Of a DNA stretch of 64,000 nt, positions 43,213-56,800 are shown one piece after another; position 1 is the stretch's first letter; each line of letters opens with the position of its first letter. Below the pieces are notes generated by a model. That model did not search any database. It saw nothing but the letters and a program-made list of their open reading frames with translations, and was not told the origin of the DNA. Source of the stretch: Paraspadella gotoi (Eukaryota > Animalia > Chaetognatha); contig CM119270.1 in assembly GCA_051294375.1 (NCBI GenBank), forward strand, positions 8,543,213-8,607,212, in the 5' to 3' direction. The position numbers were made by a program, and so were the translations under genes.

Positions 43213-43722
43213 TATTTGTAAAAACTCGTTGTTTAATACAAATAAATATATTCAGCTACTTTGTAACGAAATCTTACATAAGTGGTTGTACCAATTTTAT
43301 AACAACGAAAAGAAAGGAAAAGATACAATAAAAAATATATAATTTAAAAATTTTAAAAAAAAATCACTGAAAAAAATTTGTTGCCAATTGCTTTATGTAA
43401 TAACTACAGGAGTTTGCTTTGTTCAATTTTAAAAATTCAGGTATCCTATAAAATGGTCCACACTTGTGCGCATATTCATTAAAATTAATTAAAGTTTTTC
43501 GATCTGGTATAGGAGCAGTAAGCTTTTCTTAACAGACAGTACCATTGGGACACACTGTATATCAACAATTAAAAAATTAAAATAAATTAAAATAAATCCA
43601 AGAAATTAAACTTTACCGTTTTTACTTTCCATTCGGATAAATAATTAAACAAAAATAAACAAATTATTAACAAACAAATCAAAAGTATACAATCCTTAAA
43701 AAAAATTGTGCGAGTGAACAAA

Positions 43723-44890
43723 ATGGCGTTCAAAGAAACTGATGAAACGAACTCGTACATTTGGGACATGCCCGTGCATCGCCCTCCAGACCCCGCTATT
43801 CCCAAGGCAGGATAAACTCGTGTGACGAAAATTCTAAAGAATCTTACTAATACTATTGCTTTTGCTTTTTTATCTATAACAGCTTAACTATCGGATTTTC
43901 TTTATGTTTACTATTATTTTTCTCTGCGGGTCTATCAGAGCCATCCACAAATCTTGTGGCATTTTCCTGCGGTAAGGATGATGTGAAGAGACAGTAATTA
44001 TTGTTATGTGTTAATGACAGAACCGTTCAATGTAAGCAGTCCCTGAGCTTCGGATCAGGCTAGAACCCCGGACCTTTGAGTTGGGACGAATACTTGCTCG
44101 GCACCAATGGCCGCTGATGAACGGTTGGTGGATTTTAGTCCACCATACATCCCCCCCTCCGTAGGGAGAAGTCTGTTGCGTCTCTTCAGTGAATTGTTGT
44201 TGTTGGTGGAAAGTTCGTCACCAAGTTGAGGCATGTCGCCTGATGTGTTGTGGGCGGAAAGTGCATCGCCATGTTGAGGCATGTCGCTGAAAGTGTTGTT
44301 GTTGCTGTTGTGTTCGAAGTCGGGCTCACCAATGAAGAGACAGTAATTATTGTTATGTGTTAATGACAGAACCGTTCAATGTAAGCAGTCCCTGAGCTTC
44401 GGATCAGGCTGTAACACCATGTAACAGGCGGGTTAAGCACCCCGTCCCTCTTAACTGCCAGACGACCACCGGGCTAGAACCCCGGACCTTTGGGTTGGGA
44501 GGCGAATGACTTGCCTCCGGCACCAATGGCCGCTTGCAGAACGGTTGGTGGATTTTAGTCCACCATAGATGTCTCAATACCATATTTAAGATAAATTGTT
44601 AATTGTAATTAGCAAATGAAGAATGGATTTAAATATCGAAGATTCTCATTTCTTCTTTTTTTTCACTTTGTATTTTTTGTCCAAGATCAAAGATTGACCT
44701 TTAACCTTTCAAATTTTAGAAAGATGATCGTATTATTTTCTCTCTTTTCGTTGCTAAGTGAATATTAGGAAATGTTTATTGAGTGCCAATACAACGATTT
44801 TTTATTATCAATAGTACATGTTTCGACTCTGCTGGTTCGAGTCTTCATCAGCTTTGAAAAACATTAACAAAAATGCTCTACACATTAAGT

Positions 44891-44958
<68 letters not shown>

Positions 44959-46516
44959 GCCCTTTGTTGGAAACTCTCCCTCAATCTCTCTCACTCACTC
45001 TCTCTTTCTCTCTCTCTCTAACTTAAAAAACTTAATGTGTAGAGCATTTTTGTTAATGTTTTTAAAGCTGATGAAGAATCGAACCAGCAGAGTCGAAACA
45101 TGTACTATTGATAATAAAAAATCGTTGTATTGGCACTCAATAAACATTTCCTAAGAAAGATGATCAAAATAAAATAAAAACTACTTCTTTCAATTGAAAA
45201 AATCCAGATCCAGATAGCTTATAAAAAGTTTTTATGATTTATTTTTAAATATTTTGATGATAAGTGGGTCAGAATAAAAAAAAATCTTAAAAAATTATTA
45301 TCATCATCACCATCTTTCGATGATTTTATCAGTTTTTTTAGATTTTTACTGAGAAAACTTTAAAATTTTTAAAAGCTGTAATTATATTTTTTGTTTAACT
45401 TTTTATGCTATATCATTAAAAATACATTAAAAAAATTTAGATTAAAATTTTGTTTTTCTTTATATAGTAATGTGACATTACTATATGTTGTGAGTGTTAA
45501 ATTTAATAGGAGAATAACGAAATTCGAATTTAACAACAATTGTTTTTTTAAAATCGTTACTATACAGTTTCACAAACATTGGGTTTGGAGAGAGAGAGAG
45601 AGGAGAAAGAAAGAGGGAGAGAGAGCTTCCAACAAAGAATTGAGTAAAGGATAGTGGTCAGATGTGAGGACAGGTGAAAGTGAGGACAGGGAAGGAGGGA
45701 GAGCAAGTAAGATTTGAAATTGGTGAAGGGAGAGAGAGAAAGAAAGAGAGAAATCAATACATTTGCTAATGTACAACAAAGATAAATGAGAAAAACTAAA
45801 TATAACAGAGATTAATAAATAAATTAATTGTGTGTGAGAGTTTGAAATTTGAAATAGTGGAAGATGAAAAATGAAAGGATGAGGGATAGATAAGGTAAGG
45901 TAAGTGAAAAATATAAGTTAAGAAAGAGCTCAAATTGAGCTGCCCCCCCCCCGGCTGGGCTAATGAAGGGTGTTGCCAATGTGGTCGTTCATAGGCCTGT
46001 CATGGGTTGAGAGGATATTGTGGTGAAGTGAGAGAGGCTGGGATCTTGAAGGGATCCAGATGGAAAAATGCAAAGTGCCAATCGAATATCTCTCTGACCT
46101 GATAAGCCTGCCGACGGCCCTCCTGTGGTTGCCTGTTCTGGCCTGTTTCGGGACAGGAGATACAGACTCCTCTCCCTCCTCCTGCAGCCAGCTCAATTTG
46201 AGCTCTTTCTTAAGTTATATTTTTCACTTACCTTACTTTATCTATCTCTCATCACTTATTCTTCTATTTCATTTTTCACTAATTCAAATTTCAAACTCTC
46301 ACAAATAATTAATTGATTTTTTAATCTCTGTTATATTTAGTTCTTATCATTTATATTTGTTGTACTTTATCAAATGTATTGATTTTTCTCTCTCTCTCTT
46401 TCTAGCTCTCTCTTTTCACCAATTTCAAATCTTACTTGCTCTCCCTCCTTCCCTGTCCTCACTTTCACCTGTCCTCACATCTGACTACTATCCTTTACTA
46501 AGTTCTTTGTTGGAAG

Positions 46517-46559
<43 letters not shown>

Positions 46560-48164
46560 TCTCTAAAATTTCGTTATTCTCCTATTAAGTAGAGTAATGT
46601 GATAATATTAATTAGATTAGTATCTACAGAAGAAAGTATTTATAAAAATCTATTTTAATACTATAATCAATGATCACGATTGATTATATTAATTCTGTAA
46701 ACATTTTTAACACATTCTATCGGCTATGGCTTTTCAAAATGACATATTTGCCTTTCAAGAAGGTCAAACGTGAATGTTCTGATCAAACAAATAGTTGAAG
46801 CGTCCATTTTTTATAATTTTCTTTTAATAGTCGAATTCCTTACGCTTTCTTCGTGCTATTAATTGGAATTGTGTCAGGCTACTTTACAACCTTCGACAAG
46901 AGCGACATATTAATGAAAACATACTGTAAAATTGTGGTATTTTGTTTGCTTGACTCTTTAATCATTGACATTTGTGAATTTATAAATGTCATTTTCATAT
47001 ATTATTACATTATCCAGACTGATGCAACTTTACATTTTTTCAACAGAAGGATATGAATATAATATTTCACGTTATTTATCCATTTATTTTCTTTGACTCT
47101 GCATTCCGGACTGAAATACATATCCTAAAAAAAGCAGGTCTTCAGGTAAATTTCTCAGAAAAATATTAGTTACTATAATTCTCCACAAACTCAGTAGCTT
47201 CATGGGGAAAACCACGTTTTTTCACGCTTTCCCTACAAGGTAGGTTACAAGGTACATTGTACAGAAGGTTTAGAATTTGCTTCTATAATTGATTTTAAAA
47301 CAATTTATTAGTTTGTCAATTGTCTTTCTGAGATGAAAGATGACAAGAATTGTTTACTTGTTTAATACAAACACTCCAAAAATTCGGGGATTACATCCAT
47401 TACTGATTGATCTGAAAACTTAACTTTCCTTATTTTCTTACAGGTATTCTTGCTTTCTTTTCCAGGACTTATAATTGGTATTTTCATTTTTGGTCTTTCA
47501 ACTAAGGTTATTACAAATTTCAACTAACATTACATAATGATTTTTTTCAAAAAACCTTCTATGGTGGACTAAAATAGTACACCCATCGTTAGAGCGTTGA
47601 AAAATAACAAAATATAACAAATCAAGAATTATGTCTCTTCAATGATAATTTATTACTGTACGTTTACATTCATCGCATCCATTATCCACACCACCTCAAA
47701 ACAAGTTGAAGGCGACAATGTCGGATCTGAACGCGATCATTATCGGTAATAATTCATTAATAATTAAATTATACAACCAACATAATGTAAATATTTAAAT
47801 AAAATATTAAAATATATATTATGTTATTTTCCTTTCTTTTTCGTTGTGAGAGAAATGAGTTTTGAATTTGGTGGCAGTTGGCAACAAACGAATTTATTTT
47901 ATTATTAAACGGACATGTTCGTTCATAGTATCGAACCTTCATCAGCGCTAAGGGTTTTTGGACACAGGCGAGAAAGAGGCAGTCGGCAGGGTAACAGGCA
48001 GAGAGACATTCGACATTTTTCCCAAGGGTACGCCTCCACTGCCGGCATATGCAAACTCACGACACTATTCTGTGCTAACTCTGTGTTGGAAAACTTTTGC
48101 CCTCTCTCTGTATTCTCTCTCTCTCCTCTCTCTCTCCTCTCTCTCTCTCCTCTCTCTCTCTCTC

Positions 48165-48207
<43 letters not shown>

Positions 48208-50798
48208 TTCTCCTTCTTTCCTTCCTATTTAATTCACCAAATGTTCACCATGTTTCAAAACTTTTGCGCTGTGAAGGTTCGTTTATGAACCGAAATATGT
48301 CTGTTTATAATAAAAATAAATTCGTTGTTGCCACCAAAATTCAAGACTCTTTTCTCTAAATAAAATATATAAAATATATGTAAAGTAAAATAGCGTAAAT
48401 TCTCTTTTTCATGATTCTGGGCATTTCAGGAACCGGTTAACCAGGATGCTTTTGTTAAATGAAATTTTAGAAGATACTGAAAGAACTGAGCAGATATATA
48501 GCATTTAGTTATACATGTTTTTTTTCCTCCCACTTCTCCCTCCATTCCTCTACCCCCGACCACTTTTTCCCCTTTTCCGCACCCCGAAGGTCTCCTCTGG
48601 ATCCGCGTGGTCCAGCCCCCCGCGCTCAAAGCTTTGGACTTTCCGTCTATAAAAAATCTGAAGAACGACTTTTTTGCTTACATTTCCGGTCAAGCAATGT
48701 TCACGTGGAGCGCATTGGAACGCCAAAGCTACGCGTCATGCAAAGTGGGCGTTGGTCCTTGGATGCGTTGGCGCGAGGTCCGTAGTTGACCATGCCGGAT
48801 TGAGGGTCGACATCGATGAGGACGTCAGTTAGTTTTGGAAGATAGGGCCAATCTATAGTCAATTGGGGTGGTTCGAAGTTTGATTAGGTACCTTCCCAAG
48901 TGAAACTTCAAATATTTTTGAAAAAAACTTTCAACTGGACCAAAAAATTTCAATAGCTAGAAACACTATATTTGATTTAATATTTAATAAATTTTAAGTT
49001 TTTCGAATTTTGAATCCACTTATCATCAAAATAATTGAAAAAAGATATACTTTGTGTAGACAACTTTTCATAAGCTATCTGAATGCTGTTTTTAACATAA
49101 TAAAATTCCAAAAATTTGTTTGACATTTTCTCTATCTATAATAAATATTATAAATTATTTATATATTATTATTATAAATTATTTATTTATAGATAGAAAT
49201 ATCAACAATTTTTTGGAATTTTATATGTTAAAAACAGATTCAGATACTTATAGTTGTTCAAAAATATGATTCAATTTGAGATAGGCAATTAAAAACCTTA
49301 ATCATCATGATCATCATCATGCCATGATTTAACAGTTTTTGTAATTTTCAGTAATTAAAACTCAAAATTTTAAAAATTTGTAAATTACATTTTTAGCTTA
49401 ACTTGGAGCTCTTTCAGAATCAATTAGAAAACTTAAAATACCACACAAAAATTTTGACGTTATATAGCCAAAATAATAATTTATTTGAATTACTCATGAT
49501 CGGAACATTTTTTGCAAAAAATATTTTAACACAATACATTAATACCAATATGCTGTCCATAATATCTTTGAATTTGGTCGGCTATAAGAAGAGATGGTTT
49601 GTAATTTATGTGTTTTGGTCAAACGGCCATTTTAATCTTTATCTACTTTTTCGTAAATTATATTTATTTTTCGTGTATTAGTATCGACATACGTACAGTA
49701 AATAATTATCTCTTTAATGAATTATATTAAACTGAAAAATTGATATTTGTTTCAATTGATCAATGTTTATTCTTTCTGTATGACTCCCGTAATTTTCTAT
49801 TTTTTTTATTTCCATCCATCGCAGATCAAACACACCGCGCTGTCGCAAGAAAGGAAATCTGATGAAAGACTTTTACGCTTTCGGGTGAAGGGCGGCACGT
49901 TCCAAAAAAATACATACGCCGCAAGCTTGGAATTTCGCAAAACGACGAGCAGATAATTTTTTCTTGTATAATATACATTAAACAAACAGCGGCCTTTTGT
50001 TTCGCAGATCTCTTTTTATTTTACTTAGGTATAAGTGATACACAACTTTAGTTCATCGGTGAAAAAATATTTACATAAAAAATTATTTAAATTTAATTAT
50101 ATTTCAATGCTATCTTTGAGAAATTTTTTCGCGCTGTTTCAAAAATTTTATTACCTTGAGTTATAGTTTTAAAAGAATGTTTGCTGTATTATTTACAATG
50201 TTTTAGGCGCTCAAAAATATTGTCTATAAATTAATATTTTATAATTAAATTTACATAGAAAAATATTTTTTTGTTTTGTTTTCTTTATAAATATAGATTA
50301 GGTTTAACCACAAAGCTTCGTTCTCCTCAATTCATATAAACTTATTTCTTTTCTCCCTCAGTATATTTGAATTCCAATACAGAAGGCTTCATACTTATAA
50401 AATGTGGTACCCTTTTTGTTGACCAGAAAAAAATTTATTCATTTTTTTCGCTTTTCTTGTGTGAATCAAGTGAATCAGTTTAAAAAGAGTTCCAACTGTA
50501 AAGGCTGCAAATATCAAATGTTCACTAATTTATTGAGAAGACGCCAAGCAACAATCTCGCATACGACTACATCGAGATTATTATGTGAAGACGAGACCGA
50601 CGACAACAAAACGAAACGTTAAACGACATGATGTACGAAAAAAGAGAGATGAACGAGAAGAGACCAACACCTGAGCACGATGAAGAGACGAGAGACCGAA
50701 TGACGACCTGAAGAGGAGCAACAAAGACTGACGAAGAGACAACCGAAAACGAACGATAATGGGTAGCTGTCCAAGCTTTTCTCTTTTCTTCTCTCTCT

Positions 50799-50848
<50 letters not shown>

Positions 50849-53800
50849 TCTTCTCTCTCTGTACGATCTCTTGCGTGATCGTTCGTTTTTTAGAATTCTG
50901 ATTATTTTTTTCCTCTAAAAAACTTTTTTTCAATACAAAATCCCAAAATTTACATCCGAGATTTTCGTAGATTTTATTTTTAGAAAAAGTGAAAAATAAC
51001 TCATACGACAGAAATGTTACGCTTCTCTCCGTCTCTCTTCGTCTCTCACCGTCTCTCTCCGTTCTCTTCCACTCTCTTTCCGTCTCTCTGTTTCTCTCTG
51101 TGTTGTTTCTGTCTCTAATCTGTACGTATCTTTTGCTGATAGTTCGTTTTTTTGAAAAATTTCTGATTATTTTTTCTTTCTTAAAAACTTTATTATCGCC
51201 ATTTATTCCCCACTTTTAGTATACACACCTACACAAGCATCTCAAGACGAAAATTGGTATTAATCAAATACTTTGGCTTTATTGTATAAATGCTAGAAAT
51301 CCGTTCCTGGTCTCAAATACTTGTAATGGGAATTAACAGATTGTTATCAAAAAGAAATAAATAATAAAATAAGCAAAATAGCATAGTTTAATGGCAGATT
51401 TCATTGCCAGAGGAAGTCTCTGTCTAAATTTTGTTGATCGAAAAAAATGAATTTTTTACACAATTTGAATATGCCAGATTGTATGCTATATTCCGATCAT
51501 TTTTTTACTGCCTATTTTTGGCCGGTTTATGGTTAACTAGCCAAACAATGTATCTAGTTATCAAGTTTAATTAGTACAGCAGTGAGGAAGTTGAAATGTG
51601 TGGCCATTTTCTTTGTTTTATATCGATTCAATTATTTTTTGTTTGAATTTCAACTTCATTATGATTTACTGCAATATGCAATTTAGATTATATACTTTTT
51701 CATAATACTATTCCTTGTCGAGATCTTATTACTTTTTAAGATTTTTATACTATTATTTCGAATTCAATTTTTAGAAATTTTTCAGTGCAAAACATTTAAT
51801 TTAAAGTCCTTATTCTCACTTTTTTAAATTTTAGAGAATTTTTTTATTCTAAAATACTTTTATTAAAAAAATTATGTAAAAAAATATTTGAAATATATAT
51901 AAATTATTTAAATTTTAATTGGTATAAAATAAGTGGGTTAATAAAAAAATAAACAAATATTAAAAAAAATACAAAAATTAATAAAAATATGCTAATTAAT
52001 TTGATATTTAAATTTATTATTTGAAGTTGTGAGTGATTGAATATTAAGCCATTTTATTCAATAAATTATTTTTAATCAATTCAAAAAGTAATATGAACAA
52101 GGTAAGTAGATAGTTTTAAAAATAATGCATTACTGCATTATAAAAGCTCTGAGAGCTAAAAATATGCGGTAGTTTCTTACTGTCCTGCATCTAAAAAATA
52201 TATTTAAAATATTATTTAATCAATATTATAAAAAATATTCTAAACTTTTCACAATCCAAATTTGTCAAATGCGCTGACGAAGGTCCGAATCAAGGACCGA
52301 AACATGTCCAAATATTGTAAAAACTCGTTGTTTAATACAAATAAATATATTCAGCTACTTTGTAAACGAAATCTTACATAAGTGGTTGTACCAATTTTAT
52401 AACAACGGAAAAGAAGAAAAGATACAATAAAAAATATATAATTTAAAAATTTAAAAAAAAATCACTGAAAAAAATTTGTTGCCAATTGCTTTATGTAATA
52501 ACTACAGGAGTTTGCTTTGTTCAATTTTAAAATTCAGGTATCCTATAAAAGGTCCACACTTGCTGGGCATATTCATTAAAAATTAAATTAAAGTTTTTCG
52601 ATCTGGTTATAGGAGCAGTAAGCTTTTCTTAACAGACAGTACCATTGGGACACACTGTTATATCAACAATTAAAAAATTAAAATAAATTAAAATAAATCC
52701 AAGAAATTAAACTTTACCGTTTTACTTTCCATTCGGATAAATAATTAAACAAAAATAAACAAATTATTAACAAAACAAATCAAAAGTATACAATCCTTAA
52801 AAAAAATTGTGCGAGTGAACAAAATGGCGTTCAAAGAAACTGATGAAACGAACTCGTACATTTGGACATGCCCGTGCATCGCCCTCCAGACCCCGCTATT
52901 CCCAAGGCAGGATAAACTCGTGTGACGAAAATTCTAAAGAATCTTACTAATACTATTGCTTTTGCTTTTTATCTATAACAGCTTAACTATCGGATTTTCT
53001 TATGTTACTATTATTTTTCTCTGCGGGTCTATCAGAGCCATCCACAAATCTTGTGTCGATTTCGTGCCGGTAAGGGATGATGTGAAGAGACAGTAATTAT
53101 TGTTATGTGTTAATGACAGAACCGTTCAATGTAAGCAGTCCTGAGCTTCGGATCAGGCTAGAACCCCGGACCTTTGAGTTGGGAGGCGAATGACTTGCCT
53201 CGGCACCAATGGCCGCTGATGAACGGTTGGTGGATTTTTAGTCCACCATACATCCCCCCCTCCCGTAGGAGAGTCTGTTGCGTCTCTTCAGTGAATTGTT
53301 GTTGTTGGTGGAAGTTCGTCACCGAAGTTGAGCCATGTCGCCTGATGTGTTGTCGGCGGAAAGTGCATCGCCATGTTGAGGCATGTCGCCTGAAAGTGTT
53401 GTTTGTTGCTGTTGTGTTCGGAAGTCGGGCTCACCAATGAAGAAGACAGTAATTATTGTTATGTGTTAATGACAGAACCGTTCAATGTAAGCAGTCCCTG
53501 AGCTTCGGATCAGGCTGTAACACCAGTTACAGGCGGGTTAAGCGACCCGTCCCTCTTAACTGCCAGACGACCACCGGGCTAGAACCCCGGACCTTTGGGT
53601 TGGGAGGTCGAATGACTTGCCTCCGGCACCAATGGCCGCTGATGAACGGTTGTGGATTTTAGTCCACCATAGATGTCTCAATACCATATTTTAAGATAAA
53701 TTGTTAATTGTAATTAGCAAATGAAAGAATGGATTTAAATATCGAAGATTCTCATTTCTTCTTTTTTTCACATTTGTATTTTTGTCCAAGATCAAAGATT

Positions 53801-56800
53801 GACCTTTAACCTTTCAATTTTAGAAAGATGATCGTATTATTCTTCTCTTTTCGTTGCTAAGGGAATATTAGGAAATGTTATTGAGTGCCAATACAACGAT
53901 TTTTTATTATCAATAGTACATGTTTCGACTCTGCTGGTTCGAGTCTTCATCAGCTTTGAAAAACATTAACAAAATGCTCTACACATTAAGTAGAGAGAGA
54001 GGAGAGAGAGGAGAGAAGAGAAAGGAGAGAGAGTGAGCCCTTTGTTGGAACACTCTCCCCAATCTCTCTCACTCACTCTCTCTTTCTCTCTCTCTCTAAC
54101 TTAAAAAACTTAATGTGTAGAGCATTTGTTAATGTTTTTTAAAAGCTGATGAAGAATCGAAACCAGCAGAGTCGAACAGATGTAGCTATGATAATACAAA
54201 CAATCTTGTACGTTCATCAGCGGCAATTGGTGCAGGAGGAAAGTCATTCACCTCCCAACCCAAAAGTCCGGCGTTTTAACCCGGTGGTGGCCTAGCAGTT
54301 AAGTGGGACGGGGCGCTTAACACGGTGGGTTACAAGTTACAACCTGGTCCAAAGCTCAGGGACTGCTTATATTTAACGGTTCTGTTACTAACTCATAACA
54401 ATTATTATTATTTCTTCACTTCATTTTTATCGTTCGAAAATTATTAGTTACCTGACATAATGCAATTTAGGTAGCATTCAACTGGACTTTTTACCAAGCA
54501 ATGACCTTCTCCTCTATTTTGGGGAGCACGGATCCCGGTTTCATTCTGGACGTCTTCTCTGAGCAGTACACTCCAGTCAAACTCGGTATTACTGAGAAGC
54601 GACTAGTCCGGATAAATAGATAAGTCAGAACGCAACTATTCGTTTTTTGTAATGTTATCACTTTTGTATTGTTTTGCAGGGATCATTATTAGTGGTGAAG
54701 CAGTTATTAACGATGCTACAGCCTTTGTTTTTCATGACGTCTTTTATCATCGCTCTTTAAACGTCTCGGATTATGAGGGTAAAATGTTTTTTTTTAAAAA
54801 CAACATTTTAAATATACAACTTAGGAAAAAAGAAAATATTTTACCCGGGAAATGATATTAAACATATTTTATAACATTCTATGTTAGCATTTATGCATTA
54901 ACATCATCGCAGAATAAACAGACAGTAAACAAATATCAGATCCATCAGCTGGTCCATTTCCTGCGATGACATAATAAACAAGAACAATAATTCCATTGTG
55001 CTGCGCCTCATTGTCTTTTTATTTCATGTATTTTCCGGGTAACATGAGCGTTCGACACGCACTGATAGTAACAAGTTTGTGCAAACAATGTCGGATCTGC
55101 CTACGATAATTAAGTGCTAATAAGCTAACTTGGTCAACTTGCATAATTTAATCAACTTGCATAATTTGGTCAACTGGCATAATTTCATTTAAGTTGGTTG
55201 ATTCCCGACGATGATTCATCCAATCGGCGAGTCTTTGTAGATTTTATCCGAGTTGCGGATCCGATTCAATTCGGTTCTGATTCCATCTGAAATGATTTGG
55301 TCAACTTGCAGAATTTGGTCAACTGGCATAATTGGTCAACTTTCAGAATTTAGTCAACTGGCATATTTTTGTCAATTGGCATAATTTGGTCAATCAATCA
55401 ATCAATCAATCATCAATCAGAGAGAGATAGAGAAAGAGAAACTTTTAAAAATTCCAATAAATGTGTCTTTTGTTTTTCTAATTTGAACTCTTTTCCACTC
55501 CTACAATTCCATAAAAAATTTATATCCAGCTTTATCACATACTTTCCTACCCACTTCACAAAATTCAATTTCAATTTATCTATCCATTTTTAATAAACAT
55601 AATAATTATGAGTAAATTAAGTAAAATACTTCAAGTAAATAATACTTTTTGTTTTTTCCATTTTAACTCATTTCCACTGCACGATTCCATTGAAACTTTA
55701 ATCCAGCTAACCAACACTTTCCTACCATATACAAAATTTCAAGTCAATTGCCCTATCCACTCATGAGCAATTGGCATTCAAATAGTGAAAATATTTTTTT
55801 TGTTTTTTAATTAAACCAAATTCCACTCGCACGATTCCATCGAAACTTCATATCCATCTCAATCACACAGTTCCTACCCACACACAAAATTTCATACAAT
55901 ATCCATCAATCAGAGTATTGGAGTGTTTTGAAGGGGGGACGGACGGATGGACAGACAGACGGACATCATTTTTTTGTGCATAATTTATCATAATTCGAGG
56001 TTCTGATATGATAATAATAATTTACCGACAATATTTTGGGGTGGGACCGACGGACTGACAAAGTTAATTATAGAGTCGGAATCTGCTGACAAGCTGTTCC
56101 GACTAAAAATAACCGAGGAAATGTTAACAAGTTGGCTAATCGAATTATTAAGGTTTGTTATTTCGTATCAAGTATGATACATATGAATGATACGTTACTT
56201 TACCTTCCTACCAAGTATGGACTATATTAAATGAGTTAAACGAGCACTCGCGGCGCAACTAAAAAAAATCGAATTTCTTGAAGCTTACAATTTTCAATTT
56301 AGTTTCTTTACTGACCTTTTTCAGAAAATTTTAAAAAAACAAAAGTTATTTTTTTCATTATTACAAATGTATATATGTGTATTAGACCTTTCCATATATG
56401 AAAAGTTTTGAAATCAAAAAACGAGTATTGTGTAAAAGGTGCACTGCCCATACATCATATGAATTTTTTTAACATTTTTTTTAAATTTACAGTAAATGCT
56501 GCCAACAAAAAAAAATTTAAAAAATGGACTTTTTGCTAAATATCTTTAAAAGCTTTATTGCTAGAGGGACGAAACCCAAACTATCTTGTAGACTGTAGAG
56601 CGCAAAAAATTGACTGTTACATACCTTGCATTATAAATTCATTTTTTTACTAAGGAAAATTTTTTTTAAAACCTATTGTTTTGGGCAATTTTTGATAAAA
56701 AATTTTAAAAATGATATTTTTAACAATGTTTGTAAAATATTTTTAAAAAAAAATATGGCGAATTGAATAAAAAGATAATTTCCTTTGTTTTGCTGAAAGA

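Larger units (their letters stand above)
44730..45153. mobile_element. Penelope-like inverted-repeat insert carrying two hammerheads around (GA)n
   Basis: ~130-bp inverted arms and a 12-bp flanking direct repeat AGAAAGATGATC (44718-44729 and 45154-45165). Confidence 0.7.
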
